Shown here: one piece after another, positions 1-11,739 of the stretch
Position numbering within the stretch: position 1 is the stretch's first letter
How the letters are laid out: the number at the start of each line of letters is the position of its first letter
Source: Octopus sinensis
Lineage: Eukaryota
Reading direction: 5' to 3'
DNA length: 64,000 bases
NCBI RefSeq assembly: GCF_006345805.1
Contig: NC_043004.1
Span: 94,736,001 to 94,800,000, forward strand
Made by a program: the position numbers and the translations under genes
The notes under the pieces: model-generated
Seen by the model: only the letters and a program-made list of their open reading frames with translations
Database searches by the model: none
Told to the model about the DNA's origin: nothing

Positions 1-343
1 AAAGCAGGATTTAGCTAACCATATCATATTACTAGAGCGTGGGTTAGAATTACTGAAAAGGAGATTTATATTGAAGAAATAACTATTAAATTTACAATAG
101 TAAGAGAAAGTAAAATGCCCATTGGAAGCTAAGTAGAATTGGTAATAATAAGGGATCTGTGTTGACTAGATTTAAGAGCAGTTTTAGTAAGGTGAAAAAA
201 GAAAAAAATCAAACAGAAAACACACTGGAAATACAACGAAATAAAAGTTGTATGCAGTGTCTCTTTGAACGTGCACACATACACACACGTACATACATAA
301 ATATATGTATATTTATATACATATATATATAAATCTTTGTATA

Positions 344-534
344 CATCATCATCATCATCATCATCATCATTTAGCGTCCGCTTTCCATGCTTGCATGTGT
401 TGGACGGTTCAACTGGGGTCTGAGAAGCAAGAAGGCTGCACCAGGCCCAGTCTGATCTGGCAATGTTTCTAGGGCTGGATGCCCTTCCTAATGCCAGATG
501 CCCTTCCTAACACCAGATGCCTTTCCTAATGCCA
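344..534 (-). mobile_element. Orphan RTE LINE 3' UTR with (GAT)n tail (family D)
   Basis: (CAT)n at 344-371 followed by cgtccgctttccatgc...ggatgcccttcctaa. The same sequence directly follows the RTE ORF end at 32660-33330. Contains a ~18-bp triplication at 478-533. Confidence 0.75.
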
Positions 535-548
535 TAAATGCATATACA

Positions 549-597
<49 letters not shown>

Positions 598-629
598 ATG
601 TGTGTGTGTGCATGTGTGTGTGTGTGTCT

Positions 630-835
630 ATATATAGTTAAAATTTACAGAAAAATAAAAGATGAAGACAGGTGTATAAGCAACAAGCAGGTTTGACGCT
701 TGGGAAAGTGAGAAAGTCTTTTACATTTCAAGCCTATGTTCTTCAACAGAGAGGAATAAGAGAAAATAAACAGAGAGACGATAAAAAAGTTTGTGGATTT
801 AGTGGTCAAGCATGATGACTGGTTAGAAAAAAACG
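630..835 (-). mobile_element. Penelope-like terminal repeat fragment with degenerate hammerhead (717-754)
   Basis: Minus strand reads CTGTTGA-A-GAAC-ATAG-GCTT-GAAAT-GTA-AAAGA; homologous to 3400-3605(+). Confidence 0.6.
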
Positions 836-1148
836 GTTTGACAGGAGAGGTAGAAATAAGGGGAGATAATAAAGTATTGGTGATCCCAAAATGAAGGTGC
901 ACGCATGTGTGTATGTGAGAATGTGTAAGTATGTCTGTGTGGATAGGGGCTAGTTACTTTCATGTATGTGGATGTGTGTATGTAAGTGTGTGTGTCTGTA
1001 ATATGTGGGTGTGTGGATATTGCTGTGTGGGGTGGGTGCTGGGAAGTGGCCAATGCTTGTGTATGTGGAGTGGTGTGGGGTGGGGTGAGGTGTATGGGGG
1101 TGTGGGGTAGGAGGACAGGGATATGTGGATATAGGGGTGAGGTGGGGA

Positions 1149-1191
<43 letters not shown>

Positions 1192-1193
<2 letters not shown>

Positions 1194-1348
1194 GACAGGC
1201 TTCTTTCAGTCTCCATCTACCAAATCCACTCACAAGGCTTTGGTCGGCCCGAGGCTATAGTAGAAGACACTTGCCCAAGGTACCTTGCAATGGGACTGAA
1301 CCCGGAACCAAGTGATTGGCAAGCAAGCTACTTATCACAAAGCCACAC
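1192..1348 (-). mobile_element. tRNA-derived SINE family A, 5' half
   Basis: Matches the head of the full-length copies at 30107-30526 and 57470-57912; B-box gggttcagtccc. Confidence 0.8.
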
Positions 1349-1624
1349 CTGCATGTTGAAACTATTTTTACATTTTTACTTCATAGTAGATTTTGGTGTT
1401 TGTCTGCAGTGGTTATATATGCTATTGTCTAAATTTTGTGTAATATCAAGTAAATTAACTATACTTAAGTTTGTGCCCAACATCACTATATGCACACTTT
1501 CAAGGTTATCAAATTTTGTGTGTAATGTATATACTATTTAGAGACCTAGAGTTACAAAAATCCATCTGAAATATTTCTATCCATCAGCTTATTAAAAAAT
1601 GTCTAGTTTTCTTTTTCCTAAAAG

Positions 1625-1705
1625 TCTCAACAAATGAAAACAAAGATCTTGAATGCAAAATGAATTTGACTTCATCAGCTGTGCTCATGGTAATGATTTC
1701 AAAAG
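1625..1705 (+). CDS. Candidate 81-nt symmetric exon (phase 1-1) of an unidentified host gene
   Basis: Polypyrimidine tract and weak AG acceptor; strong AAAAG|GTAAGT donor; open frame STNENKDLECKMNLTSSAVLMVMISK. No recognisable homology. Confidence 0.25.
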
Positions 1706-2438
1706 GTAAGTGCTTCTAAAATTTGAAGTTAATGAGAAAATACACTCAATTGTGTTAATTTATACAAGTACTTGTTGAAACTAGTAAACAATTTATTGAC
1801 CAATGAAGTGTTGTTTTATATGGGTAGGCTCACTGCTGTTTAATGCTTTATAATGATTTTACTACTGACTTACATCTTGGGTGGGTTTAACTGTTTGATA
1901 GGAGAGGTTGTGAAAGAAGTTTTGATTGAGATTTTTAAGTGTAATTTGTGGTATGCAGAGTGATATGTGTTCAAATTTGTTGTCTTGGTCTAATCTGGTT
2001 ACTTGACATTTGGCTTCTAGGTTTATCAAGATGACTGTTCTGTTTTGTACGTTTGTTCTGCTATTAGAAGAAAATATTTTTGACTCTGAACGTGTTGGTT
2101 GTGTACCAGTTTTATCATTTGGAATAAAGCACCAAAAATGTTTTGTTGAACCTTGAATGAAAGTTTTATATTGTTCTATATATCTGTACTGCAAAAGCAT
2201 TTGCTATGATTATATACACATGTGTGTGTGTGTGTGTGTATATGTATCTGTGTGTGCATATGTATGTATATGTGTGTGTATGTATATATATATATGTATA
2301 TACATGTATGTATACATATATGCATACACATATGTATGTATATGTACATCTATCTAACTACCTCTCTATATATATATTTACATATATATGCATATATATG
2401 TACATGTATGTATATATGTATATATATATATATATATG

Positions 2439-2668
2439 TACATCGGACAAACGGGACGCCGCTTGGCTGACCGGTTCGCGGAACACCTTCGTGACATCCA
2501 CCTTGCGAACGACACACCGGTCTCACGCCATTTCCGCCTCCACGTCACTCCTTGCAACACCTATCTGTGTTCGGTTTGTCCTTACACAGAGGCCATCCGG
2601 ATTCCCGTTTGCGCCGTGAACAGGAATTAATCTTCTCTCTTCGCTCTTATACGCCATTTGGTCTCAAC
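2439..2668 (+). pseudogene. Penelope-like element GIY-YIG endonuclease C-terminal fragment (frameshifted)
   Basis: YIGQTGRRLADRFAEHLRDIHLANDTPVSRHF, then after a frameshift near 2580 RLRREQELIFSLRSYTPFGLN. Both are typical PLE endonuclease motifs. Confidence 0.85.
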
Positions 2669-3467
2669 TCTCCCCCCCTCCTCATCTAACCCCCCTCTCC
2701 CCCACCCCTACTTCTTCAGTCCTTCATCCTTTCACCCCTACTCTCCCCCTTCCCTTCTTCCCTCTTTCTCCCTCCCTCTTCCCCTTCCCTCTGCTCCCTC
2801 ACTCCCTCTCTCCCCTTCTCCCCTTTCCTCCTTCTCCCCATCCTCTCTCTCTTCCCCCTTCTCCTCCCCTCTTCTTCCCCTCCCCTTCTCTCCCCCCTCC
2901 CCCTCTTCTCCTCACTACACCACACATGACTTTACACATCACATCACATATGATGTGCCATACTAATACACACACCAACTAATACATACTAATACGTACT
3001 AATACATACTAGTACATACTAATACTGACACCAACCCTATACATACACACGTCCAGACCCCGCATACGCACTTATACTCTCTCTCACACACACACACACA
3101 CCTATACATACCAATACGTACTAATACATACTAATACATACTAATACATACCCAACCCCATACATACGCACGTCCAGACCAATCCTACGCACTAATACTC
3201 TCTCATACACACACACACAAACACACACCCTTATACATACTAATACATACACCAACCCTATACATACACACATCCAGACCCCTCCCACGCACTTTTAGCT
3301 GGTCCCTCAACCCATTTATCAACCCTATTATCTCCCCTTATTTCGCTCTCGCGTCTCATGTTTGATCTTTGACCTCTGGCCGAAATCAGATCGCCATGTT
3401 GATTCGTTAGCTACTGCACGCATTTTTTTTCTCTCCTCCTTCTTCTGTGTTTTTCTCTCTCTGTGTA

Positions 3468-3505
3468 TCTTTCTGTTGAAGAGCGTAGGCTCGAAACGTT
3501 AAAGA
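3468..3505 (+). ncRNA. Minimal type I hammerhead ribozyme, variant core CUGUUGA
   Basis: TCTTT-CTGTTGA-A-GAGC-GTAG-GCTC-GAAAC-GTT-AAAGA: stem I 5 bp, stem II 4 bp, palindromic AACGTT at stem III. Confidence 0.65.
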
Positions 3506-3651
3506 CTTGTTTTATTTATATTTCCTGAGCGCCATACTAATACAATTGTTCGTTTGTTTTCCACCTGCCTTCGTCTTTTGTTTATTTTCATAAAGCTTCC
3601 CGTTATATATATATATATATATATACATACATACACACACACACACACACA

Positions 3652-3725
<74 letters not shown>

Positions 3726-4416
3726 TCTACAACCTACACCACGATTACACACATTTATTCTTACTTCCTGTCAATGACTATATATTTCCTATTCTCTCGG
3801 TCCCTTTCTGAAAATAAATGCTCGGGTTTTGTTTTTTGTTGTTTTTCTCCCCCGCCTTTTTTTTTGTACCTTCCATAGCAACTTTATTCCATTTATTTCT
3901 CCTCTCTTTCTTGCTTTAAACAAATTTATTTATACGATTAGGTCTAATCTTAGCTCCAACAGTGTGCCAGTACGTAATGTAACATCAAGTCAAAAATACA
4001 TGCCAACAGTCAACCTCAATTCTGGCATCTCTACCTGATGCAGATTCCACTGTTTTTGTTTCTAGGTTTATTGAGTTGAATATGTTCATCTTTAATTTGT
4101 TATATGTGTGTTTTTTTGGGGGTTTTTTTTGTTGTGTGTTTGGGAGGTCTTTTTTATACAGATAGAAAAGGCTTTTTCGCATGTTTTATTTTTATTGTTC
4201 TCGTAGTAGTTTTAGTTTTGTTCAATAGTACGAAATATTTTTGGCGGTCTTTGAATATTTATATTGTTCTGTGATTTGAAAGTGAAAATACATTGTAATG
4301 TATGTGTATGTGTATGTGTGTGTGTGTACATATATATATATAGAGAGAGATAGATATAGATATATACATATATACACACACAAGTTATATATAAATCAAG
4401 GACTGAACAGAAAGAA

Positions 4417-4449
<33 letters not shown>

Positions 4450-5224
4450 ATATACACGTATGTATATATAAATGTATGTATAAGTTTATATATACATACG
4501 TGTATATATACATACATACACATATATATATATGTGTGTGTGTGTGTTCTTTCTGTTCAGTCCTTGATTTATATATAACTTGTGTGTGTATATATGTATA
4601 TATCTATATCTATATCTCTCTCTATATATATATACACACACACACATACACATACACATACATTATGATGATGATGATGATGATATACATATATATACAC
4701 ACACACACACATATATATAAACACATACATATATATACAAATGTATGTATATGTTTATACACACACACACATATATAAACTAAACACATTAAATCATACG
4801 TTGATAAGTATATACAAATATACATGCATGACTGTAGTGCTATATGTATGCATAAGTGTCTGAATATAATTGTTCCACTCTGTGTTCTTGTTAAAACGTG
4901 TATACATCTTTAAAATCTTGGCATCCCATCTCCTACGAATTAGTTCACAACTATATTGAGCTTAGCACTTTATGACTCATGTTTTATTACCCATTTATAT
5001 TGCTTTATTCTGGAAAGTAAACAGAGATGTAATCTATTCTATAGGACATGGTGTATAGTCATCAAGTTTTCAACAATCACCCCTTGAACTGATGTCCTGA
5101 CTCATTGTTTTTCCCCGGTGAAATAGTTTTTGCAGGTTATGTAATAATCATGCTTAGTAGGGATTATTGAAACAGCCGTAGAATGAATATTTTGCAATAT
5201 TATGTTGCTTGTTCTTTCACTTTC

Positions 5225-5260
<36 letters not shown>

Positions 5261-5267
<7 letters not shown>

Positions 5268-6040
5268 AATGAATGTTTTTATATATAATGAACGTGAAAT
5301 ACAGGAAGGGACGAACACGGAACACAGACAAATCATTCGAAGCCTTCAATCTTCAGTCAGACACCGAATCATCATAGCAAATTTCGGCTGTTCAATTCTG
5401 ATATTTGCTCCAACTCGGCCAGCCCCAAGAAAAAAAAGCTGTAAGCATTAGATTTCTTGGTAGAAGACAGGAATGTGAACGCACAAGACGGATGTGAATA
5501 CAAGAGACGAAAACGAAATTGAAAACAGTAATGAATAAACAAAATATATATAACGGTGGTTGTCATACGACTTTAGACCAAATGAGACAAAAACAACAAC
5601 AACAACATAGCTGGCGTAGAAATAATTACCGTTTCGGTAGCGGGGACACATGTTGGTCGAGATACGAAGGCCAACAGAATGGTTTAAGAAGCAGCAGGTC
5701 GCAGGAGAGAGAGAAAGAGAGACAGAGAGAGAGGGAATCAAAGAGGGTGGAAGGCAGGGGACAGAATCAGTGACCAAGAGAAAAGGAGAAAGAAGGGATT
5801 AAGGAGGATGGGAGGAAGAGGGGAGGAGGATGGGAGGAAGAGAGGGGAAGAATCGGAGGGCGCCAAAAAGTTTGGTGAAGAAGCAATGGCGGGTAGGAAA
5901 GACAGTGTGTATAGAAGTCGTGCAGGGTTTAAAATTGGACAAACAAACGGGGGGGTGCACGTAACGCCGCAATAATATAAGAATGAATGTTTTTATATAT
6001 AATGAACGTGAAATACAGGAAGGGACGAACACGGAACACA

Positions 6041-6044
<4 letters not shown>
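5261..6044. mobile_element. Element bounded by identical 70-bp direct terminal repeats, inserted in (TA)n (pLTR-like)
   Basis: 5261-5330 is identical to 5975-6044; (TA)n on both sides; no coding domain recognised. Confidence 0.6.
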
Positions 6045-6079
<35 letters not shown>

Positions 6080-6280
6080 AGGTGAATGAATTATCCTATA
6101 TTTACCATCAACATGGAAAATTCGATGAACTGATACCAGGGTAGCAAATTCACGTCAGAAACACGGTTGAAGCGACCTGTACAAGGGTAGAAACTCCGGG
6201 TTCATGTGAAGAAATCTGTATGTTATATATGAATAAATAAATAAATTGAGTTGAACGAAGATGTTAACAAAATTCCTTTA

Positions 6281-6362
6281 CTCTCGACATATGTTTCGAA
6301 GACAACATGGTTTTATTCCAAAGGAATAAACGGTGCAAGGTGCAATCTTCTCATCAGGAAAG
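6281..6362 (-). ncRNA. Type I hammerhead ribozyme, canonical core
   Basis: Minus strand: CTTTC-CTGATGA-GAAGA-[43 nt with TTTATTCC/GGAATAAA hairpin]-TCTTC-GAAAC-ATAT-GTC-GAGAG. All core nucleotides present; GUC cleavage predicted between 6286 and 6285. Confidence 0.85.
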
Positions 6363-6465
6363 AAATAACTTTAATAGCGTTCAGTTAATCACTATACATA
6401 TCCATATATATATATATAACAACGTCTTGGCGCTGTTGTGTTTTTTTGTGCTTTCTTGTTTGGAT

Positions 6466-6541
<76 letters not shown>

Positions 6542-6542
<1 letters not shown>

Positions 6543-6943
6543 ACAAGTGAAGTGGCCAGTTAGAAAATATCAGTAACAGATGAGAGAGGTAAAGTTAATC
6601 ACCACTGCAATATGGCTGTCTGATGTTACTACCATTTTAACCCCATGTAGATCTTCCACCAACTGTTTATAGGTCTATATATATACCTTTACCATCCTTC
6701 AGCAGACAACAGGTTCACAAGAGCAACTTAGTTTCAGGGTAATTCCGACCATCCTCAGTTGCAGTTTGGTGTTCACTCCCATGCTTACAATATATACAGG
6801 ATGTGGACTAGACCTATAAACAGCTGGTGGAAGATCTACATGGGGTTAAAATGGTAGTAACATCAGACAGCCATATTGCAGTGGTGATTAACTTTACCTC
6901 TCTCATCTGTTACTGATATTTTCTAACTGGCCACTTCACTTGT

Positions 6944-6944
<1 letters not shown>
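6542..6944. mobile_element. Young foldback MITE with 136-bp TIRs in (TA)n
   Basis: 6542-6677 is the reverse complement of 6809-6944 with one mismatch; TA arrays on both sides. Confidence 0.85.
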
Positions 6945-6988
<44 letters not shown>

Positions 6989-7042
6989 TATATATTATAT
7001 ATATAAATGGAGTTAAACACAGGTGTTATTCAAATTCTTTTA

Positions 7043-7128
7043 CTTCCAACACATGTTTCGAAGATATCACTGGTATTATTCCAAGGAATAAAATGGTGTA
7101 AAACAATGTAATCTTCTCTTCAGGGAAA
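7043..7128 (-). ncRNA. Type I hammerhead ribozyme (GUU site)
   Basis: TTTCC-CTGAAGA-GAAGA-[long loop]-TCTTC-GAAAC-ATGT-GTT-GGAAG. Confidence 0.8.
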
Positions 7129-7532
7129 TGAAGAAATTTCTATTTTTTATTCTTTTTTCTAAAAATCCCCTTGTAAATATTGTTATAGAGCATGCATACC
7201 AATGTAAACATTGGTAGTAACACACCTTTAGTTCATATAAGTGATATCTATCATTATTTATAATTTAAACATTACTTTTCTTCTTACATTTCACATTCAC
7301 TAGATATCTCTTTTTACAAGTCTATATGGTTTCATTTGATATACATATAGTTATATATTTCTCATTTATTTAGTTTTTCTTTCCTTTGTCCCTCCTCTTT
7401 CTATAGGCTACCTTTGATGTTATATCCTATAACGTTTTTTTTTTTGAAAAAATCTTAATAGTGTTCACTTAATCACAATACATATCCATCATTTTCTGTT
7501 AAAATGTCTTATTGATGAGTTTCATTTCTTCA

Positions 7533-7619
7533 TTTCCCTGAAGAGAAGATTACATTGTTTTACACCATTTTATTCCTTTGGAATAATACCAGTGATATCT
7601 TTGAAACATGTGTCGGAAA
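7533..7619 (+). ncRNA. Type I hammerhead ribozyme (GUC site, G10.1-U11.1 pair)
   Basis: TTTCC-CTGAAGA-GAAGA-[long loop]-TCTTT-GAAAC-ATGT-GTC-GGAAA; inverted copy of 7043-7128. Confidence 0.75.
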
Positions 7620-8324
7620 TAAAAAAATTTGAATAACACCTGCGTTTAACTCCATTTATTTATATATTATACAAAATATTTCACGTAAACCTGAAGTTTC
7701 TACTTTTAAAAACAAGGAGTTGCAACCTTTTTACCTGTGTGATTTTTTGCTACCCTGGTAACTATTTATATATTTTTTTTCCGTGTTAATTTTTAACAAG
7801 GAAAAAATACACACACACGTTCCTGCTATTTGTGTTTTGAGTTCAAATCACTCCATGTTCTATGTAGGAAGTTGAATTAATCTGTTGTTCTGTTTAACAT
7901 TACCATGTAGCATTTTATGTCTTCTTGACAGTTTCCAGTTTCCTCAATGTTGCAAGCATTTGGGTCAATTTTCTCATCTATCTTCCCCCACTTGCCTCAG
8001 GGTACCCTGGACAGTGCCTCCTATGCTGGCTAAAACCTACCACCATAATACACTTATTCCTGTATTATCCTTCCCTTTAACCCATTTTTGCAAATGGGTT
8101 TAACATCAATATTTTCTTTATGCAATTCTTTTATAACCATACACTTTTCTCTCATTTTCCTACTCCTTTTTCTTTATTGATTTAAACTAACTTATGTGTT
8201 TATTGGTTTAGTTTTAGTTTTATCTCCAAATTGCTTCAGATCTACATCATACCTTAGAATTTCAACAATAGAGGCCAACAATTAACTTCTCATATGCCCA
8301 CAAATCGAGATCATTTTAACTTGA

Positions 8325-8612
8325 ATATTGTTTGTTCCTTCTTGAGCCACATAAGGGCAGGATTTCTGGTTTCCTTGGCGTATAAGTTCCCCACCTGGAT
8401 GGGACACCAGTCCATCACAGGTGAGCTGCTAGATGCAGGAGGAAAGAGTGAGAGAAAGTTGTGGCGAAAGAGTCAGCAGAAGTTTGCCATTACCTTCTGC
8501 CGGGGCTGCGTGGAGCTTAGGTGTTTTGCTCATAAACATACACATCGCCTGGTCTGAGATTCGAACCCACGATCCCTCGAGCGCAAGTCCACTGCTCTAA
8601 CCACTAGGCCAC
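8325..8612 (-). mobile_element. tRNA-derived SINE: family C head with a V-domain-like tail
   Basis: A/B boxes ggcctagtggttagag...gggttcgaatc; tail gatggactggtgtcccatccagg, whose partial copy also occurs at 30560-30670(+). Confidence 0.7.
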
Positions 8613-8653
8613 CACAACTTGAACACACACACATATATATATATATTATATAT

Positions 8654-8707
<54 letters not shown>

Positions 8708-8776
8708 TATATATATATATTGTATTTGTATATATATATATTTGTATATATATATATATATATATTATATATAATA

Positions 8777-8816
<40 letters not shown>

Positions 8817-9699
8817 TGTAAACAGGCCTTAAAGTAAAACAAAAGTTTATTCAGTTACTTCTATATTTAAACACTTATAAACGAAACCATTGTTATATAT
8901 AATCCAAACATTTATTCCCCGTTGCTAAAAAGTCTTCTTACTTCTAAATAAATCAACGGGCTACAATTATTTCGTTAGCTATTCTTCATTTTTCCATACT
9001 GTTTTACATATTGTGTATTTTTTGCAAATTTATCACGGAGGGTTTATAATAATAAATTTTATATATATATTAAAAAAATAAGGTACTTTTAATGTAAAAG
9101 TTTCTTGCAAAAATTTTTCCATAGATGTTTTATATATTTTTACACATTGATACATATCCTATTGTAGACCATACAATACTCTGCCAAGTTGTTTTAAGCA
9201 GAAAATGAACAAGTTCAACAAGATACACTTCAGAAATCCTTTAATCAGATGCCTGAGGATTTGGAATAAAAGCCACCAAAAACATGCCTCCCAACAATTT
9301 AGCCTTAAATAAATATTATTTCACACTACTTCACTGTATGAAGTATATTTTTGCCTTTATTACATTTCACTCCAGTATCATACCACCAATTCATTGCGTA
9401 TATATGCATACACATACAAACACATACACTCACTCACACACTACACAAACTCATGCACACACATATACATGCAAATTATAAATTTTATATAGATTTGTTT
9501 GTTAATTTTGTTCATTCACCCACTCGCTTTCTACCAATGTGTGATATATATATACACACACACACACACACATACACACACATTCATATGTATGTATATT
9601 TACACACACACTCACACATGTGTAGGTATGTATGAATATACACATCACAATCATATATGTGCGTATGTATGCATGTTTGTATGTATATGTAACAAATTT

Positions 9700-9732
<33 letters not shown>

Positions 9733-9825
9733 GCATGTTTGTGAGTACCCTCATATGATATGCATATATAAATGTGTGAGTGTAATCGCTAGAAAGATGA
9801 ATGGATGTTTAAATGTATGCCCCAT

Positions 9826-9922
<97 letters not shown>

Positions 9923-10330
9923 ATATATATATATATATATTATATGTATGTACATATCTATGTATGTATGTATGTATGTATGTATGCCAGAATACACACA
10001 TAGATTCATGGACTCCTGCAATAAGCAATTAACCTTAAAATTTATTACAGTGATAAAATATCACATGACAAAAGTGAATTAAGAAATTGGCAGTAAGTAA
10101 TATTGAACTGATAGATCATTCTAGACAAACGATCTCTCAAAGACTTTGCAAAACTCAGAGCTGGCTGGAAAAGGAGAAAGACTAAGCCATTACTGCCAAA
10201 TTCAGCGCCAGGTTCACCATGGGGTGAAGGAGCATTAGCAAATTATGTTATTATCACAATGTGAACCAATGCTTTCTCTCATAATGGTTTGAATAACATC
10301 TTATTATATGCATGCATATACATACAATAA

Positions 10331-10362
<32 letters not shown>

Positions 10363-11007
10363 GCTTGCATTCATACACAGCTACACACAAACTTTGTTTG
10401 GTCATATTCCCTGTATATAAGTGGTTCAATACATGCTTTTGATAGCAGAGTGGTGAGACCAATATATGATTGTATATGTATAATTATATCTAGACCTATA
10501 ACTGACTGTTGAACATTTACATACAGTCAGACTAACGCGGAGACCAGTTGAAACTCGTTCTTGTCATCAAACATATAATTATATAAATAGACAAGTAATA
10601 TACGTAAAAGCATATATATGTGAGTGTGTAAATATGAATGTGTGTAAATATGTACGAATGTAAATATGTATGTGTGTATGTAAGTATTTATGTAAGTATG
10701 TATGTATGTATGTATGTACGTATGTATGTATGTATGTATGTATGTGTATGTGTATGTATGTATGTATGTATGTAAGTGTTTCTGTAGAGAAGGTGAGATA
10801 GAAATAGATAGATAGACAGACATACAGACAGACAGACAGGCAGACAGGTAGACAGACAGACATATAGATTCATAGATAGATAAACAGATAGATAGATAGA
10901 TACATACATACATACATACATACATACGTACATATATACATATATACGTACATATATACATTCAAACATACATATACAGACAGACAGACAGACAGATAGA
11001 TAGGTAG

Positions 11008-11047
<40 letters not shown>

Positions 11048-11105
11048 TAGATAGATAGAGAGAGAGAGAGAGAGAGTAGATAGATAGATAGAGAGAGAGA
11101 GAGAG

Positions 11106-11145
<40 letters not shown>

Positions 11146-11171
11146 AAAAAGAAAGGGACGTACATATAGAT

Positions 11172-11513
11172 CGGGGGTTCTCAACCATTTTTTATCTGTG
11201 AACCCCTTTGATTACTATTTTATTCTGGTGGATCCCCCCCCCCCAGCCATTCGATATTTACAAACTTGTTTCATAGAAACTTCTTTCAAAATTCCTATTT
11301 TGTTTTTTACACATTAACTTGTCTTGGCAGAACTAAGAAAATGAAACCTAGCTGTTTTTTACAATATATACCAATGCATACCAATCTGAAGCAAAATTTT
11401 TCAGGCCCCTTAAAATACCATTGTGGACCCTCATTTTACTATTTGTATTGTGGACCACCAAAAATCTTATATGTCCCCTAAGGGGTCATATGGACACCGG
11501 TTGAGAGCCACTG
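11172..11513. mobile_element. hAT-type MITE
   Basis: Imperfect 15-bp TIRs CGGGGGTTCTCAACC / GGTTGAGAGCCACTG; TSD poorly preserved. Confidence 0.6.
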
Positions 11514-11739
11514 ATGTATAGAAAGATTGGTAGAAAGTTGATATAGCATCGTTTATGTGACATTTAGAGCACAAATGGTATGAGGAACTGGCTGAGATCT
11601 AATGAAACCAGTTGGTGTCCTGCAGAAGAAATAGTTGCATCATTATGGACATGAAATATGGGTGGATGAAATATGGGTGGATATAAGATTAAAGAGAGAG
11701 AGAGACTGATAGTTTAAAAGAACACATGAAAATGAACAT

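Larger units (their letters stand above)
2439..3605 (+). mobile_element. 5'-truncated Penelope-like retroelement inserted in (TA)n
   Basis: GIY-YIG remnant, CT-rich tract, CATACTAATA-type internal repeats and a hammerhead-bearing terminus; (TA)n on both sides. Confidence 0.7.

Noticed and set aside
1862-2200. 112-aa minus-strand ORF with a ttttgcag acceptor near its start
   Set aside because: No recognisable domain and no partner exon; it cannot be distinguished from chance.
5335-5660. Hammerhead-like words on the minus strand (CTGAAGA..TTCGAAT; CCGAAACGGTA)
   Set aside because: No arrangement gives CUGANGA, GAAA and paired stems I and II together.
9245-9295. cctgaggat...aaaaacatg, a possible decayed hammerhead
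   Set aside because: GAAA and stem II are absent; too degenerate to call.
10051-10263. Protein-like frames near 10125 (DKRSLKDFAKLRAGWKRRK...)
   Set aside because: Several frames and both strands look equally plausible, and the nearby donor and acceptor are only ~30 nt apart; unresolved without RNA data.
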